Source: Blastocatellia bacterium
GTDB taxonomy: Bacteria; Acidobacteriota; Blastocatellia; UBA7656
Length of the DNA stretch: 64,000 bases
Assembly: GCA_963765495.1 (NCBI GenBank)
Contig: CAVXWP010000009.1
Span: 736,001-800,000 of the forward strand
Direction: 5' to 3'
Program-made: the position numbers and the translations under genes
Shown: positions 11,980-22,131 of the stretch, in pieces
Layout of the letters: every line of letters begins with the position of its first letter
Position numbering within the stretch: position 1 is the stretch's first letter
Notes under the pieces: generated by a model
Seen by the model: only the letters and a program-made list of their open reading frames with translations
Databases searched by the model: none
What the model was told of the DNA's origin: nothing

Positions 11980-14900
11980 TCAATCTGCGACCTGTCGGAC
12001 CCCATCATTTTGCAATACTTCCTGAAGCGTGACCCGCACGCGCTTGTATTCGACTTCCAACTCGTTGACCATCGTAGCCGCCTCATCAAATTTGCCTTCG
12101 TTTGCGGCCTCTTCCAATCGGGCACATTGCGCGGCCAGACGTGTCGCGCCAAGATAGCTGCTGCTGCCTCTGAGAGTATGCGACATCCGTTTGATCTCTT
12201 CCGCGCTTTGCGACGAGATGGATTCCTTGAGCGCTTTCATCTGCGCAAGCGAGTCCTCAAGGTAAAGACTTATCAACTCTCCGGTCAGACTGCCTCCGTC
12301 CTCATCATCCATGCGCCTGATGTCATCCAACACAGTGAAATCTATTGAAGAATCTTCATCACCTGCCGTACTCGCTGTAGGCTCTGTTTGTACGCTCAGT
12401 TTCGATCCCCACTTCTCAAGGGCGGTCTTCAGTATCGCTATCCTTACGGGCTTGCTGATGTAATCATCCATGCCCGCGGCCATACACTGCTCGTTGTGTT
12501 CCGACATCGCGTTTGCCGTCATAGCGATCACTCGCGGGCGGTTTGGCTCGGGCCAGCGCCGACATATATGGCGAGTGGCTTCAAGCCCGTCCATCTCCGG
12601 CATCTGCATATCCATCAGAATTATGTCGTAAGGCTGTCGCTCAAGAGCCTCCAGAACTTCCAGTCCATTGCCCGCGATGTCGGCCCGATAGCCGAGCGAT
12701 TCTAGTATTTTCAAAGCGACCTTCTGATTGACGGCGTTGTCTTCGGCCACAAGTATCCTGAGCGGCAATCTTTCGGCCATACTCTTCGTGTCTTCGGTTG
12801 CGTCGTTCTTCTCCTCGTGCGGGGTGACTCTTATGCGTCCCGGGTGCTGCCTGTCGAATACCTCCATCAGCGCATCGAAGAGTTGAGATGGTTTGATAGG
12901 CTTGGTCAGATAGACCGAAAAGAGCGAATCAACCGTCTTGTTATCTTCCGCCCTGCGACCGAGTGAGGAGAGCATCACGAGCGGGAGCGTCTGGCCGCCT
13001 TCCTGCTTGAGGATCTCTTTTGCGAGCATCACGCCGTCCATCTCAGGCATCTGCATGTCGAGTATGCCCACGTCGAACCTCTCTCCGCTTTTAAGTATTT
13101 CCAGGGCTTCGGCCCCCGAAGCAATCGCCTGCGTAGCCATTCCCCATAATCGAGCCTGCTGAGTGAGAATAAGGCGATTGGTTTCGTTGTCGTCTACGAT
13201 CAAAGCCTTCTTCCCTTCCAGTTGCGGCTGCGCCCCTCGCAGGTAGATGCGCATCCTGCCGCTTGAGGGCTGCGTTGTAATTGTGAAATAAAATGTCGAC
13301 CCGATACCGACATCGCTTTCCACCCACATCCTGCCGCCCATCAATCCCGCGAGCCGCTTGCTGATTGCCAGGCCAAGCCCCGTTCCTCCATATTGCCGGG
13401 TCGTCGAAGCATCAACCTGGCTGAACGATCTGAAGAGCCGGTTGAGCCTGTCGTCGGGTATACCTATCCCCGTGTCTCTGACCGCGAAACTCAATTCGTA
13501 TGTCTGCTGGGATGCCTGATCGAGCAGGCGGCTGCTTACCGAGACGACGACCTCGCCCTGGTGAGTGAACTTCACGGCATTGCTCAATAAATTGACCAGT
13601 ACCTGCCGCAACCGCGTTACGTCGCCGCAAATCATGCCGGGTACGTCGCTGCTTATCAGGTAGGCCATCTCCAGCCCCTTCTCCGCCGCCTTCGCCGCAA
13701 CCAGATCGAGCGATTCTTCTATGCAATCACGCAGATCAAAGGGCTGTACTTCCATCTCAAGCTGGCCGGATTCTATCTTCGAGAAATCGAGTATGTCGTT
13801 GATAATTGTAAGCAGTCCATCGCTGCTGCTGCGTATAGTCTCAACGAAATCGCGCTGCTCGCCGCTCAATTTTGTATCGAGCAATAATCCCGTCATGCCT
13901 ATGACGGCATTCATCGGCGTGCGAATCTCGTGGCTCATATTGGCCAGAAACTCCGACTTCGCCCGCGTAGCGGCCTCGGCTGCTTCTTTGGCCTTTCGCA
14001 GTTCGGCGGCGGCCATCTTGCGGCTTGTAATGTCGCGGATTATCCCTGTGATAGTCGGCGAACCGTCGATTTCCTGCTCTGCGAAAGACATTTCAAGGTG
14101 AATCTTTTTACCGCTCTTGTGAAGCCCCGGGATTTCCATCGAAGATCGCTGTAGCTGCTTCTCTCCGGCCTCGGCTTGATCTCTGGATGCGGCTTCCTGA
14201 ATTTGATTCATGAATTCGGGCATCAAAAGCGTTATGGATTGACCGATCATGTCCGTGGTCGGATGGCCGAATATCTTTTCGGCCGCCGGGTTGATAAAAG
14301 TTATCCGGCCCTTGCTGTCTATAGTCACGATGGCATCGGTTGCGGTCTCTGCCAGCGCGCGATAACGCTGCTCGCTCTCCTGCAAGGCCGCCTCCGTCCG
14401 TTTCAAGGCCGTGATGTCAACGGCGTGACCCAGCACATAGGCGGGCCTGCCTGGCTCTTCGTGCCGCGAATTGCGGAACATCCAGACTCGTTTCTCGCCC
14501 TCTTTTGTCAGGAGCGTCATCAATCCCGATGATGTCTTTTCTTCCCGGATGAGCGCAAGATAGCCTTCAAAATAAGCCCCCTTTGATCGCGGGATCAACT
14601 CTTTCAAACTCTTGCCGACCAATTCAGACGCCTCGTATCCGAGAGCCGACGCAGCGGCCGTGTTGACCGATAAGAGGATTCCATCCAGGTCGTGCGTGCA
14701 TATCATCCCCTGGCTGTTTTCTACGAGATCGCGGTAACGCCGTTCGCTCAGACGAATGATCTGCTCCGCCCGTTTGCGCGCAACGAACTGACCGATCTCA
14801 GAACTCAGGCGTTTCATCACGTCGGCGAGGGTCTCATCCCCGCTTCGTTTCTCGCGAGAGAAGAAATGAATAAGGCCGATGACCTTGCTGCCCAGGGTGA

Positions 14901-16422
14901 GGGGGAATCCTGCGCCGCCATGAATGCCGTTCATTTCCGCGACCCTGGATCGAATAAACCTCGACTCCCGCGCAACATCCGAAATCCAGACGGGCTTGCT
15001 CGTTTCCCATACGAGGCCCGACAACCCCTCGCCCTGCTTGATTGATATCTTCCGGCTTACGGTTTCAAACTCTTTCATCTGCATTTCAGGCGCATGCCAG
15101 ATCGCGACCATCTCAAGCGCGGTTTCGTCGTTGTTGGCAATCCAGATGTCGGCGGCATCCCAGCCCAGTCTCTCGCAGATCGTTTGAAGCATGTTCGGAG
15201 CCACCCCGGTGAGCGATTCGGCCTGAGCCAGCAACCGGCTCACCTCGTGCTCGATTACCAGCCTCTTTTCGGTCAGCTTGCGGTCGGTTATGTCTTCGGA
15301 CGTTCCTACGTGGCCCAGCAACTGACCGTCCTCATAAACCAGAGCCCTGGTGCGACTCGATACCCATCGAGTCTCTCCCCGCCTTTGCATCCTGAACTCC
15401 AGGGCAGACTCACCATCCTGGGGCGCAACTTTTGCCCAGTGATCGAGCACGCTCTGCCGGTCTTCGGGATGTAAGGCGCGCACCCATCCATCGCCGAGAC
15501 TCTCTTCAAGCGTAAGCCCCGTGATCTCTTGCCATCGCTTGTTTGTGTATATGCATCTGCCGGAGGCGTCGGTCTGGAAAATGCCTATGGGAGATGCGGC
15601 GCTCAGCGAACGGAATCGATCCTCGCTCATCCGAAGCGCCGAAATGTACCTCTCTCTGTCCATCCCGGTCTTGTTTAGCTGTCGTGAAAGCCTTCGCCCG
15701 TAAAAGAGCGCGCACCCGACCAGCCCGACTATGCAAGTGGCTATTAGAAGCTCGCGGGTACGAAGCGAAGCAATATGAGACTCTCTTTCTGTCAGACGTT
15801 CCTGTTGGATGTCGCGCTGGGTCTTTTCAAGTTGTGATAGCAATCGGCTGACCTCGGTGAACCCGCGATTCATGATCACCAATCTCCCCCTGGTGTTCTG
15901 CGCAGAGGCATCCTTAAAGCTGGATAAGGTCAGATTGGCCTCATAAACCGCGCTGTTCATTTTCTGACCGAGCGCATCGAGTTGCCCGAGAAGAAGATCG
16001 CGGTTCGCTGCATCCTGATTGTATTCAACCTCAGAACGGGCTGCGCCCAGTGCTGTATTGAACTCCGAAACCGCATTCGACAACTCCTCCGCTTCCCGGT
16101 CAAAATCGTCCGGCTCGAAGGCTTCAAATGCACGAAACCTCACCCCGGCGGCCAGTTGCCGGAGATTGGCATACTGATTCAGTCGCCTGGTCAATACCTC
16201 ATCAACTTGCGATGAGGCCGAGTAGGTCTTTATTATCTCGTGGCTTTGAAAAAGGCTCAGCAATACGGTTATGACTACGAGAGATGCCAGAAGTGAATAG
16301 ATCGGCATCCATTTCGGTCGCTGCATAGCCGGGGCGGGTCTCGGTTTGTTTAGAGACAAGGGAACTATAGTAATATCGTCCAGGCTGACTTCCTTTTCCT
16401 TGCTTAAGAATTTGAATGGCAT
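11980..16422 (-). CDS. Hybrid sensor histidine kinase (2 TM, PAS, GAF, PAS, PAS, HisKA, HATPase, 2 REC, Hpt)
   Basis: FLANMSHEIRTPMNA, NLLSNAVKFT, DTGIG, GGTGLGLAI, two DMQMP receiver motifs, SHTLRGSS Hpt. Confidence 0.95.
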   Translation of the reverse strand: MPFKFLSKEKEVSLDDITIVPLSLNKPRPAPAMQRPKWMPIYSLLASLVVITVLLSLFQSHEIIKTYSASSQVDEVLTRRLNQYANLRQLAAGVRFRAFEAFEPDDFDREAEELSNAVSEFNTALGAARSEVEYNQDAANRDLLLGQLDALGQKMNSAVYEANLTLSSFKDASAQNTRGRLVIMNRGFTEVSRLLSQLEKTQRDIQQERLTERESHIASLRTRELLIATCIVGLVGCALFYGRRLSRQLNKTGMDRERYISALRMSEDRFRSLSAASPIGIFQTDASGRCIYTNKRWQEITGLTLEESLGDGWVRALHPEDRQSVLDHWAKVAPQDGESALEFRMQRRGETRWVSSRTRALVYEDGQLLGHVGTSEDITDRKLTEKRLVIEHEVSRLLAQAESLTGVAPNMLQTICERLGWDAADIWIANNDETALEMVAIWHAPEMQMKEFETVSRKISIKQGEGLSGLVWETSKPVWISDVARESRFIRSRVAEMNGIHGGAGFPLTLGSKVIGLIHFFSREKRSGDETLADVMKRLSSEIGQFVARKRAEQIIRLSERRYRDLVENSQGMICTHDLDGILLSVNTAAASALGYEASELVGKSLKELIPRSKGAYFEGYLALIREEKTSSGLMTLLTKEGEKRVWMFRNSRHEEPGRPAYVLGHAVDITALKRTEAALQESEQRYRALAETATDAIVTIDSKGRITFINPAAEKIFGHPTTDMIGQSITLLMPEFMNQIQEAASRDQAEAGEKQLQRSSMEIPGLHKSGKKIHLEMSFAEQEIDGSPTITGIIRDITSRKMAAAELRKAKEAAEAATRAKSEFLANMSHEIRTPMNAVIGMTGLLLDTKLSGEQRDFVETIRSSSDGLLTIINDILDFSKIESGQLEMEVQPFDLRDCIEESLDLVAAKAAEKGLEMAYLISSDVPGMICGDVTRLRQVLVNLLSNAVKFTHQGEVVVSVSSRLLDQASQQTYELSFAVRDTGIGIPDDRLNRLFRSFSQVDASTTRQYGGTGLGLAISKRLAGLMGGRMWVESDVGIGSTFYFTITTQPSSGRMRIYLRGAQPQLEGKKALIVDDNETNRLILTQQARLWGMATQAIASGAEALEILKSGERFDVGILDMQMPEMDGVMLAKEILKQEGGQTLPLVMLSSLGRRAEDNKTVDSLFSVYLTKPIKPSQLFDALMEVFDRQHPGRIRVTPHEEKNDATEDTKSMAERLPLRILVAEDNAVNQKVALKILESLGYRADIAGNGLEVLEALERQPYDIILMDMQMPEMDGLEATRHICRRWPEPNRPRVIAMTANAMSEHNEQCMAAGMDDYISKPVRIAILKTALEKWGSKLSVQTEPTASTAGDEDSSIDFTVLDDIRRMDDEDGGSLTGELISLYLEDSLAQMKALKESISSQSAEEIKRMSHTLRGSSSYLGATRLAAQCARLEEAANEGKFDEAATMVNELEVEYKRVRVTLQEVLQNDGVRQVAD

Positions 16423-16441
16423 CCGTTTTTAACCTCATGCT

Positions 16442-17377
16442 TTAGTTATCGCAGTGCGAGCAGTCGTGCCTGCCGCAGCGCAGTTCGATCACCGCGATTT
16501 CAGGCGGGCAGAAAAAACGCACCGGCACACACGACGACCCGACACCCGAACTCGTATACCCTTGCACGCGCCTGTATCTCCACGCGCCCTTCGTGTACTT
16601 CCTCGGGCAGTTTGCGTTCACAAGAATTGGCCCTATCCACGGAAGACATATTTGCCCGCCGTGAGTGTGCCCGCATAAGTAAAGGTCTATGTCGCTCGCG
16701 TCGGCCTCTTCCAGCATCTCGGGCGTGTGAACGAGCAACAGCTTGAAGGCATCGCGGGGCACCCGGCTCAGGGCCGCGGGCAGATCGTCACAGCCGTAAT
16801 AGTGAGGATCATCAACCCCGACTACCCAGATGCTCTGCTTGCCTTCGCGCAACTCTACCGCGTCATTGATCAGCATCCTGACACCCATTCGCTCAAGCTC
16901 GAACGCCTCTTCGGCGAAGTCGTGATTTCCGAGAACTCCCAATACGCCGTGCCGCGCCCTTATGCTGCCGGCTATCTTTTCCATGTTGTGATAGACGCCG
17001 TGACACGGCCCGTAAATCTCGAAGCAGTAATCTCCGGTCAACACGCACAGATCGACTTCAATCCCTCTGATTTTGTCGCAGATCGCTTCGGCGAGTCCCG
17101 CAAGCCCGTCGGCGTGCAGATCGGACAGATGCATCAATCGAAATCCGCAGAAATCTTTCGGGAGCGTATCAAAGGTAAATCGTATATCGCGCACCACGGG
17201 GCTGAGCGCGTTTCTCTCGCCTCGCGCAAGCAACCCTGTCGCGCGCAACAATCCGCGTATGATGTAAGGAAGTATCTTGAGATTTTCAAAATGAAACGAG
17301 CCGCGACCCCGCCCGAGCCACGCTTCAAGATGGCCCAGTTCGATGGCCTTTCTTTTGAGTCTCAGGTTTTCCATCAC
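16442..17377 (-). CDS. Calcineurin-like metallophosphoesterase (YkuE-like)
   Basis: SDLH, TGDY, GNHD, VHTP, GHTHGGQ motifs. Confidence 0.9.
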   Translation of the reverse strand: MMENLRLKRKAIELGHLEAWLGRGRGSFHFENLKILPYIIRGLLRATGLLARGERNALSPVVRDIRFTFDTLPKDFCGFRLMHLSDLHADGLAGLAEAICDKIRGIEVDLCVLTGDYCFEIYGPCHGVYHNMEKIAGSIRARHGVLGVLGNHDFAEEAFELERMGVRMLINDAVELREGKQSIWVVGVDDPHYYGCDDLPAALSRVPRDAFKLLLVHTPEMLEEADASDIDLYLCGHTHGGQICLPWIGPILVNANCPRKYTKGAWRYRRVQGYTSSGVGSSCVPVRFFCPPEIAVIELRCGRHDCSHCDN

Positions 17378-17384
17378 TCCCGCT

Positions 17385-18021
17385 TTATCCTCGGATGTTG
17401 TTCGAATCTCTCGCCTGTAATCGAGAAGGCCGGAAAGTCTCGCCTATGATGCGCGCCAGGTATCCGGCCAGAAGCTTCAGATCGTGCGTGAAGCTTGCCG
17501 TGACGGAGTAGAATGCTTCCGACGAATAAAGCTCGTCTTCCGTAGGGTGCGCGCCGTAATTGATGTAGGCTTCGATAACGATACCGGCTTTCGACTTCAG
17601 ATAGAGCGTTTGCCAGTCGTGAGGCAATGCCTTTATCTCGCGTCGGCTCAAGGGTCGCACGCCGACAAATCGCAATTCGTCCTTCGCCACATTGACAAGC
17701 GCCGGCAGAAAGCCCAGAAAGAATGCCTTAAGCCCGCCCGGCGCGCTTTCATAAGCCGGGCTGAAACTCCACCGCTCATAGGTGCGCCAGAGCGCCGGGT
17801 CTGAATCCGCGGGCAGGGTCACGGCCTCATACTTATGCAACACCGGGCCGCGCTGCTTTAGCTTGAGCCACAAAGCAGTGAGCAGGATCATCGGCCACAA
17901 GAGCGCAAGCAGCAAGAGCGCCGTCAAGCGCGAGAACGCGCCTGAAAAGCTCTTCCATAAGCTCAATGCGATGCGGGATAGATTTGCCCTCCGTATTTGA
18001 TTCTGAAATCAACACGTCCAT
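17385..18021 (-). pseudogene. C-terminal bacterial sugar-transferase-like fragment; the RBS-proximal start at 18021 is out of frame
   Basis: LPALVNVAKDELRFVGVRP..DLKLL resembles Bac_transf. The ATG just after the STAS gene (MDVLISESNTEG) is in another frame, and the C-terminal frame has a stop ~10 nt downstream of that ATG. Confidence 0.6.
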
Positions 18022-18039
18022 AATTTGCTCACTCTTGAA

Positions 18040-18384
18040 TTAATTGTGAAATGCGTTGAGGGCTTCTTCACGCGTATTGAAGATGTCGAATATCCTGTGC
18101 ATGCGTACGAGCTCAAAGAGCGCCCGCACGGGTTTGTTCATCGAACAGAGCTTCAATTCGCCGCCTGCCGCGTTGAGTTGTCGCAAACAGGATAGAATCG
18201 CGCCAAGCCCTGAACTGTCGACGAACTGCAACTGGCTCAGATCAAAGATGAGCTTTAAATTCTTGTCTACATACGGGGTGGCATATCGCTTGAACTCCTT
18301 GACGCTGCCTGCGTCGAGGCTATCGCCCTGCAAAACCAGCACCGTGACATTGCCTACTCTTTCGACGTTCCCTTCCATAATCAT
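18040..18384 (-). CDS. STAS anti-sigma-factor antagonist (RsbV/SpoIIAA-like)
   Basis: DLSQLQFVDSSGLGAIL motif. Confidence 0.92.
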   Translation of the reverse strand: MIMEGNVERVGNVTVLVLQGDSLDAGSVKEFKRYATPYVDKNLKLIFDLSQLQFVDSSGLGAILSCLRQLNAAGGELKLCSMNKPVRALFELVRMHRIFDIFNTREEALNAFHN

Positions 18385-20489
18385 TCGCTCCTTATTTCTG
18401 AAAATTTCTTTATCAAACAGGTGAAATTGTTGCCGCTCGCGTCGCGGCCATAAGTCAACTCATCAACAAGCTGCTCGATGATAAACAGTCCGAACCCGCC
18501 GTCACGCGAGCCGTCGAATGAAGGCGGGCTCACCGATTGCGGATCGAAGACCTCTCCCCGATGACACAGGCGCAGCGTGAAGCGGTCGGCTGTCACGCTT
18601 GCATCCAAAATAACAGGCTGGTCGGCGCGGCCTCTGTATGCGTGTCTCATTATGTTGCTCACGGCTTCGTTGACGGCAAGCTCAAGCTCGGTTGCAACCT
18701 CCTGGCTCACATTCAGGATCGAGACCCTGTCCAGGACTTTTCGAACAAAGGCGCGAGCCGCCCCGAGTTCCGACAGATTGCTTAGGATTTCTGCTCTTTC
18801 CCGAACCAGATAGAATTCGTCTTCGGTGCCTGAGATCTTGACCACGATCAGGGTGAAGTCATCGGAGAGGTTTTCAGAGCCCGCGAAAGATGTAACGGCC
18901 AGCCTTATAACAGTCAATAGCTGTTGTGGATTGAGGCGGTTGTAATTCTCTACTAACTCGGCCAGCCGCTCTTCGCCAAACATTTCGCCCTGCGGGTTGC
19001 GCGCTTCGGTTATGCCGTCGGAGTAAAAGAGGAAAACGTCCCCGGCTTCGAGCGGGATCGAGAACTGTCTGTATATCTCTCCGTCGCTGAATCCGAGCGG
19101 CATATTATCGCCTTGCAGGGTTCCGCACATACCCGTGCGTCGCCAGAATCTGATTGTCCGCGTGTGACCGCAATCGACCAGCTCGACACGCCGACCGCTC
19201 GTATCGAACCGCGCATAACAGATAGTTGAGAAGCTTTCGAGTGCGATCAACTGCCGGGTCATTTCGTTGTGCACAAACATTACAATCTCTTCGGGTGAAA
19301 GCAGGCTCTCGCGGCTCATGGCTCTGAGGAAGCTGGTCTTTGTAGCCGCGCCGACCAGGGCCGCCGGAATGCCTTTGCCCATGACATCGCCGATCAGCAC
19401 ATCCATGCACTCGTCGCTGTGCTTTATAAAGTCATAGAAATCGCCGTCGATGTACTGCGACGGTATCGTGAGCGCCGCCAGTTTCACCCCCGCGATTCCT
19501 TCGGGCGTTTTGCCTACTAAAAGCGATTGCTGAATCTTTGACCCGATCTCGATCTCCTGTTGCAATCGCTCGCTTTCAATCGCCGCCCTGTGGAGGAAGT
19601 CGTTCTCTGTTACCATCACGGCCTGAAGCGTGAGCGTCTGCAAAAGCCTTATCGAGTGCGAGTCGAATACCAGTCCCTCGCCCTCGTACCAGACTTCAAG
19701 CGCGCCGGCCAGCCCCTGTCTGGTGGCCGCCGGAACTATGGCTACGTTTGTTGCGCGGGCAAGCTCTACGTCATCACCTTTTCGCCCGGCAATCTTTGTC
19801 TGGTCGTTTAAGACGAGCGGAGAGCCCGCTGCAATGGCTTTGCCGACAAGGCCCCCCTGCAAGGGCCTGTTTTCAAGATCGGAAATATTCTTCGATACCA
19901 AGGGCGTGAGCGAGCCCTCCGATTCCAGCCAGAAGACGGCTCGCGTACCTTCCCAGATCGAGGTTGCCCGGTCAATTATTCTGTCGAGCAGTTCTGTCGA
20001 ATTCCGCGTAGCTCTTATATCCGAACTGACTTCATAGACGGCTTCCAGGCTTTCCCAGCTTGCGCTCAATTCCTCAAGCAATAGCTCTTCGCGTTTCTCG
20101 CGCTCGATACGGGTTGCTGCTGTTTGCGACAGATAATCAATAATGCCCGGAAGAAACAGGTGTTGATGGTCATAGCATACGATTACTTCACCCAGGTCCT
20201 GCGAATCGCAATCGACCCGGGTCGAGGTGAAATACCTGTCGCAGACCTGAAGCCTTTCCCGACAGGCTGGCAATTTGCCTGCCGCCTGCGAACACGCGCA
20301 CTCTTTGCGCGATGCAAGCCAGCAGATGGATGACTCGCGGATAAAGGCGATGGCCGCGTCTGTGTTTCCGGCAATCGGCGTTATGGCCCGGCTGAGTTCA
20401 TCCAAAAACAGACGGCTCAATCCATCCGGGTCAGCCTCGAACCTGAATTCGAATAGACTTCCGGTATATGCCTGTAATTCAACGCTCAT
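18381..20489 (-). CDS. GAF + PP2C/SpoIIE phosphatase + RsbW-like HATPase fusion
   Basis: GDFYD, IGDVMGKGIPAAL, YSDGITEA, DDFT. C-terminal LAVNEAVSNIMRHAY..GGFGLFII. Confidence 0.9.
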   Translation of the reverse strand: MSVELQAYTGSLFEFRFEADPDGLSRLFLDELSRAITPIAGNTDAAIAFIRESSICWLASRKECACSQAAGKLPACRERLQVCDRYFTSTRVDCDSQDLGEVIVCYDHQHLFLPGIIDYLSQTAATRIEREKREELLLEELSASWESLEAVYEVSSDIRATRNSTELLDRIIDRATSIWEGTRAVFWLESEGSLTPLVSKNISDLENRPLQGGLVGKAIAAGSPLVLNDQTKIAGRKGDDVELARATNVAIVPAATRQGLAGALEVWYEGEGLVFDSHSIRLLQTLTLQAVMVTENDFLHRAAIESERLQQEIEIGSKIQQSLLVGKTPEGIAGVKLAALTIPSQYIDGDFYDFIKHSDECMDVLIGDVMGKGIPAALVGAATKTSFLRAMSRESLLSPEEIVMFVHNEMTRQLIALESFSTICYARFDTSGRRVELVDCGHTRTIRFWRRTGMCGTLQGDNMPLGFSDGEIYRQFSIPLEAGDVFLFYSDGITEARNPQGEMFGEERLAELVENYNRLNPQQLLTVIRLAVTSFAGSENLSDDFTLIVVKISGTEDEFYLVRERAEILSNLSELGAARAFVRKVLDRVSILNVSQEVATELELAVNEAVSNIMRHAYRGRADQPVILDASVTADRFTLRLCHRGEVFDPQSVSPPSFDGSRDGGFGLFIIEQLVDELTYGRDASGNNFTCLIKKFSEIRSE

Positions 20490-20493
20490 CGTG

Positions 20494-20916
20494 TCAGGCC
20501 ACCTCAGCCCGGTTTGAAATCAGAGGCGCTACTCCGCTGTCGAGCAGCTTTTTTATCAACGTAGTAGGAGCCGCGGGTTTGACACAATGAAAGCTGGCAC
20601 CGGCTTCTGACACTTCACTCGACATCCCCTCAAACGAGCGTGCAGTGAGAATGCCTATCTTTACATGGTCGTGATGATGATTGGCCCTCACCCGTTTGAG
20701 CACATCCAGACCCGAGAGCCCCGGCATCACAAGGTCTAGCAACAGGCCATCCGGCTCGAATCGCTCGATCATCTCAAGCGCCTGCTCACCGCTCGTGGCC
20801 ACGCGCACCTGATAGCATTCCTTCTTGAGCACATACTCCATGAGCCTTGCAATGTGGCGCTCGTCATCTACCACAAGTATCCTGGCCGGGCGCGATATAA
20901 ATGATTCTTTGGACAC
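20494..20916 (-). CDS. Single-domain response regulator (REC)
   Basis: ILVVDDE, LLDLVMPGLSG, ILTA, KP motifs. Confidence 0.9.
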   Translation of the reverse strand: MSKESFISRPARILVVDDERHIARLMEYVLKKECYQVRVATSGEQALEMIERFEPDGLLLDLVMPGLSGLDVLKRVRANHHHDHVKIGILTARSFEGMSSEVSEAGASFHCVKPAAPTTLIKKLLDSGVAPLISNRAEVA

Positions 20917-21049
20917 TAATCCCTCAATTCTCGATTCAAGAGCTGGCTTTGCCTATGGCAGTCAATGACTCAGCCGGTTGGGGGCAGGGCAAGTTGTCTT
21001 TATCCGCACCTCAGATAGTCTGGGCCGACAAATAGGTATCACAGTCAAG

Positions 21050-21065
21050 AGCAAGATATATGCCG
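21050..21065 (-). promoter_or_regulatory. Putative sigma-54 (-24/-12) promoter of the REC-PP2C-STAS-kinase operon
   Basis: Minus strand CGGCATATATCTTGCT has exact GG-N10-GC spacing, ~135 nt upstream of the REC start. Confidence 0.6.
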
Positions 21066-21230
21066 CTTTCCGTACCTTTACAGTCGAGCGGCGCAAGTAT
21101 TAGATTCGTTATCTTTAATTGGCCTTTCGCGTGAGGGCCACAGATTCAGGCGGCATTTGATGTGGAAATCCGAGCCACCTGGCCTGGGGCGGAAAGGGGC
21201 AGCAGGCCAGGTTGTGTGGCAGTCTGTACT

Positions 21231-21322
21231 TGAAGAGTGAAGAGTGAAGAGTGATGCGTGATGCGTGAAGGTGGATTTGTTGTTTTGACTCGCTGCTATT
21301 TCCGGTCACGCATCACGCATCA
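21231..21322. repeat. (TGAAGAG/TGATGCG)n ... (TCACGCA)n inverted heptamer element
   Basis: Direct reading of the sequence; ~35-nt spacer. Confidence 0.8.
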
Positions 21323-21328
21323 TTCTTC

Positions 21329-21484
21329 TCATACGCTCTTAACGCCCCAAATATTTTTCGCATATTCGCGGATGGTCAGGTCTTCCCATCTCTTTGCAAC
21401 CGTGTATCTTGAGTGGAGAAGAATCGCCTCGCGCAACTGGCTCACACTCTTGATAGAAGTCTTCTGCTCGTCGCAGATCATCAT
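21329..21484 (-). pseudogene. glgP: Glycogen phosphorylase remnant: N-terminus fused in frame to C-terminus (51 aa)
   Basis: MMICDEQKTSIKSVSQLREAILLHSRYTVAKRWEDL-TIREYAKNIWGVKSV*. TIREYAxxIW is the conserved GlgP C-terminal motif. Strong GGAGGTG RBS. Confidence 0.8.
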
Positions 21485-21570
21485 AGCCTCACCTCCCGCG
21501 CAGGGTTGATCCCTGCCTTGTCAAATTGCTTAAAGGGGCCGCGCTCAATCCGCCGGGCTGACCTGCGATC

Positions 21571-22131
21571 TCAGGCCGCGTTTTCGTATTGAGGAAACCA
21601 TCCCATCAATTCTCGAAATGTCAGAGCGGTACGGTCTCTGTGCGACAGGGTCGGCAGATTGACGGGCCACTCGATGCCAAGCTCGGGGTCGTTCCACATC
21701 AGATGAATCTCGTCTGACGGGTTATAAAAGCCCGTACACTTGTACTCTACCTGCGCCGCCTCGCTCGTTACGCAAAAGCCGTGGGCAAACCCCGGCGGGA
21801 TATAACATTGCCGCGCGCTTTCAGCCGATAACATTACCGCTACCCATCGGCCAAAGGTCGGCGAGCCTTTGCGGATGTCAACCGCTACATCGAATACCTC
21901 TCCCTCGATGACCCTTACAAGCTTGCCCTGCGGGTTTCTGCGCTGGGCATGAAGCCCGCGAAGAGTATGGCGAGACGAACGAGAATAGTTGTCCTGCACG
22001 AAGTTTGCTGTAATGCCGCCCTCGGCATATTTTCGCGCATTGAAGGTCTCAAGAAAAAAACCTCGCTCGTCGCAGTATATGTCCGGCTCGACGACGATTA
22101 TTTCGGGTATTTCGGTCCTTATGAATTTCAT
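21571..22131 (-). CDS. rmlC: dTDP-4-dehydrorhamnose 3,5-epimerase
   Basis: [37 protein letters not shown] motifs. Confidence 0.95.
   Translation of the reverse strand: MKFIRTEIPEIIVVEPDIYCDERGFFLETFNARKYAEGGITANFVQDNYSRSSRHTLRGLHAQRRNPQGKLVRVIEGEVFDVAVDIRKGSPTFGRWVAVMLSAESARQCYIPPGFAHGFCVTSEAAQVEYKCTGFYNPSDEIHLMWNDPELGIEWPVNLPTLSHRDRTALTFRELMGWFPQYENAA

Noticed and set aside
21115-21230. Possible further gene remnant (ORF 21115-21309)
   Set aside because: No recognisable motif, and its 5' part is just the heptamer repeat translated.
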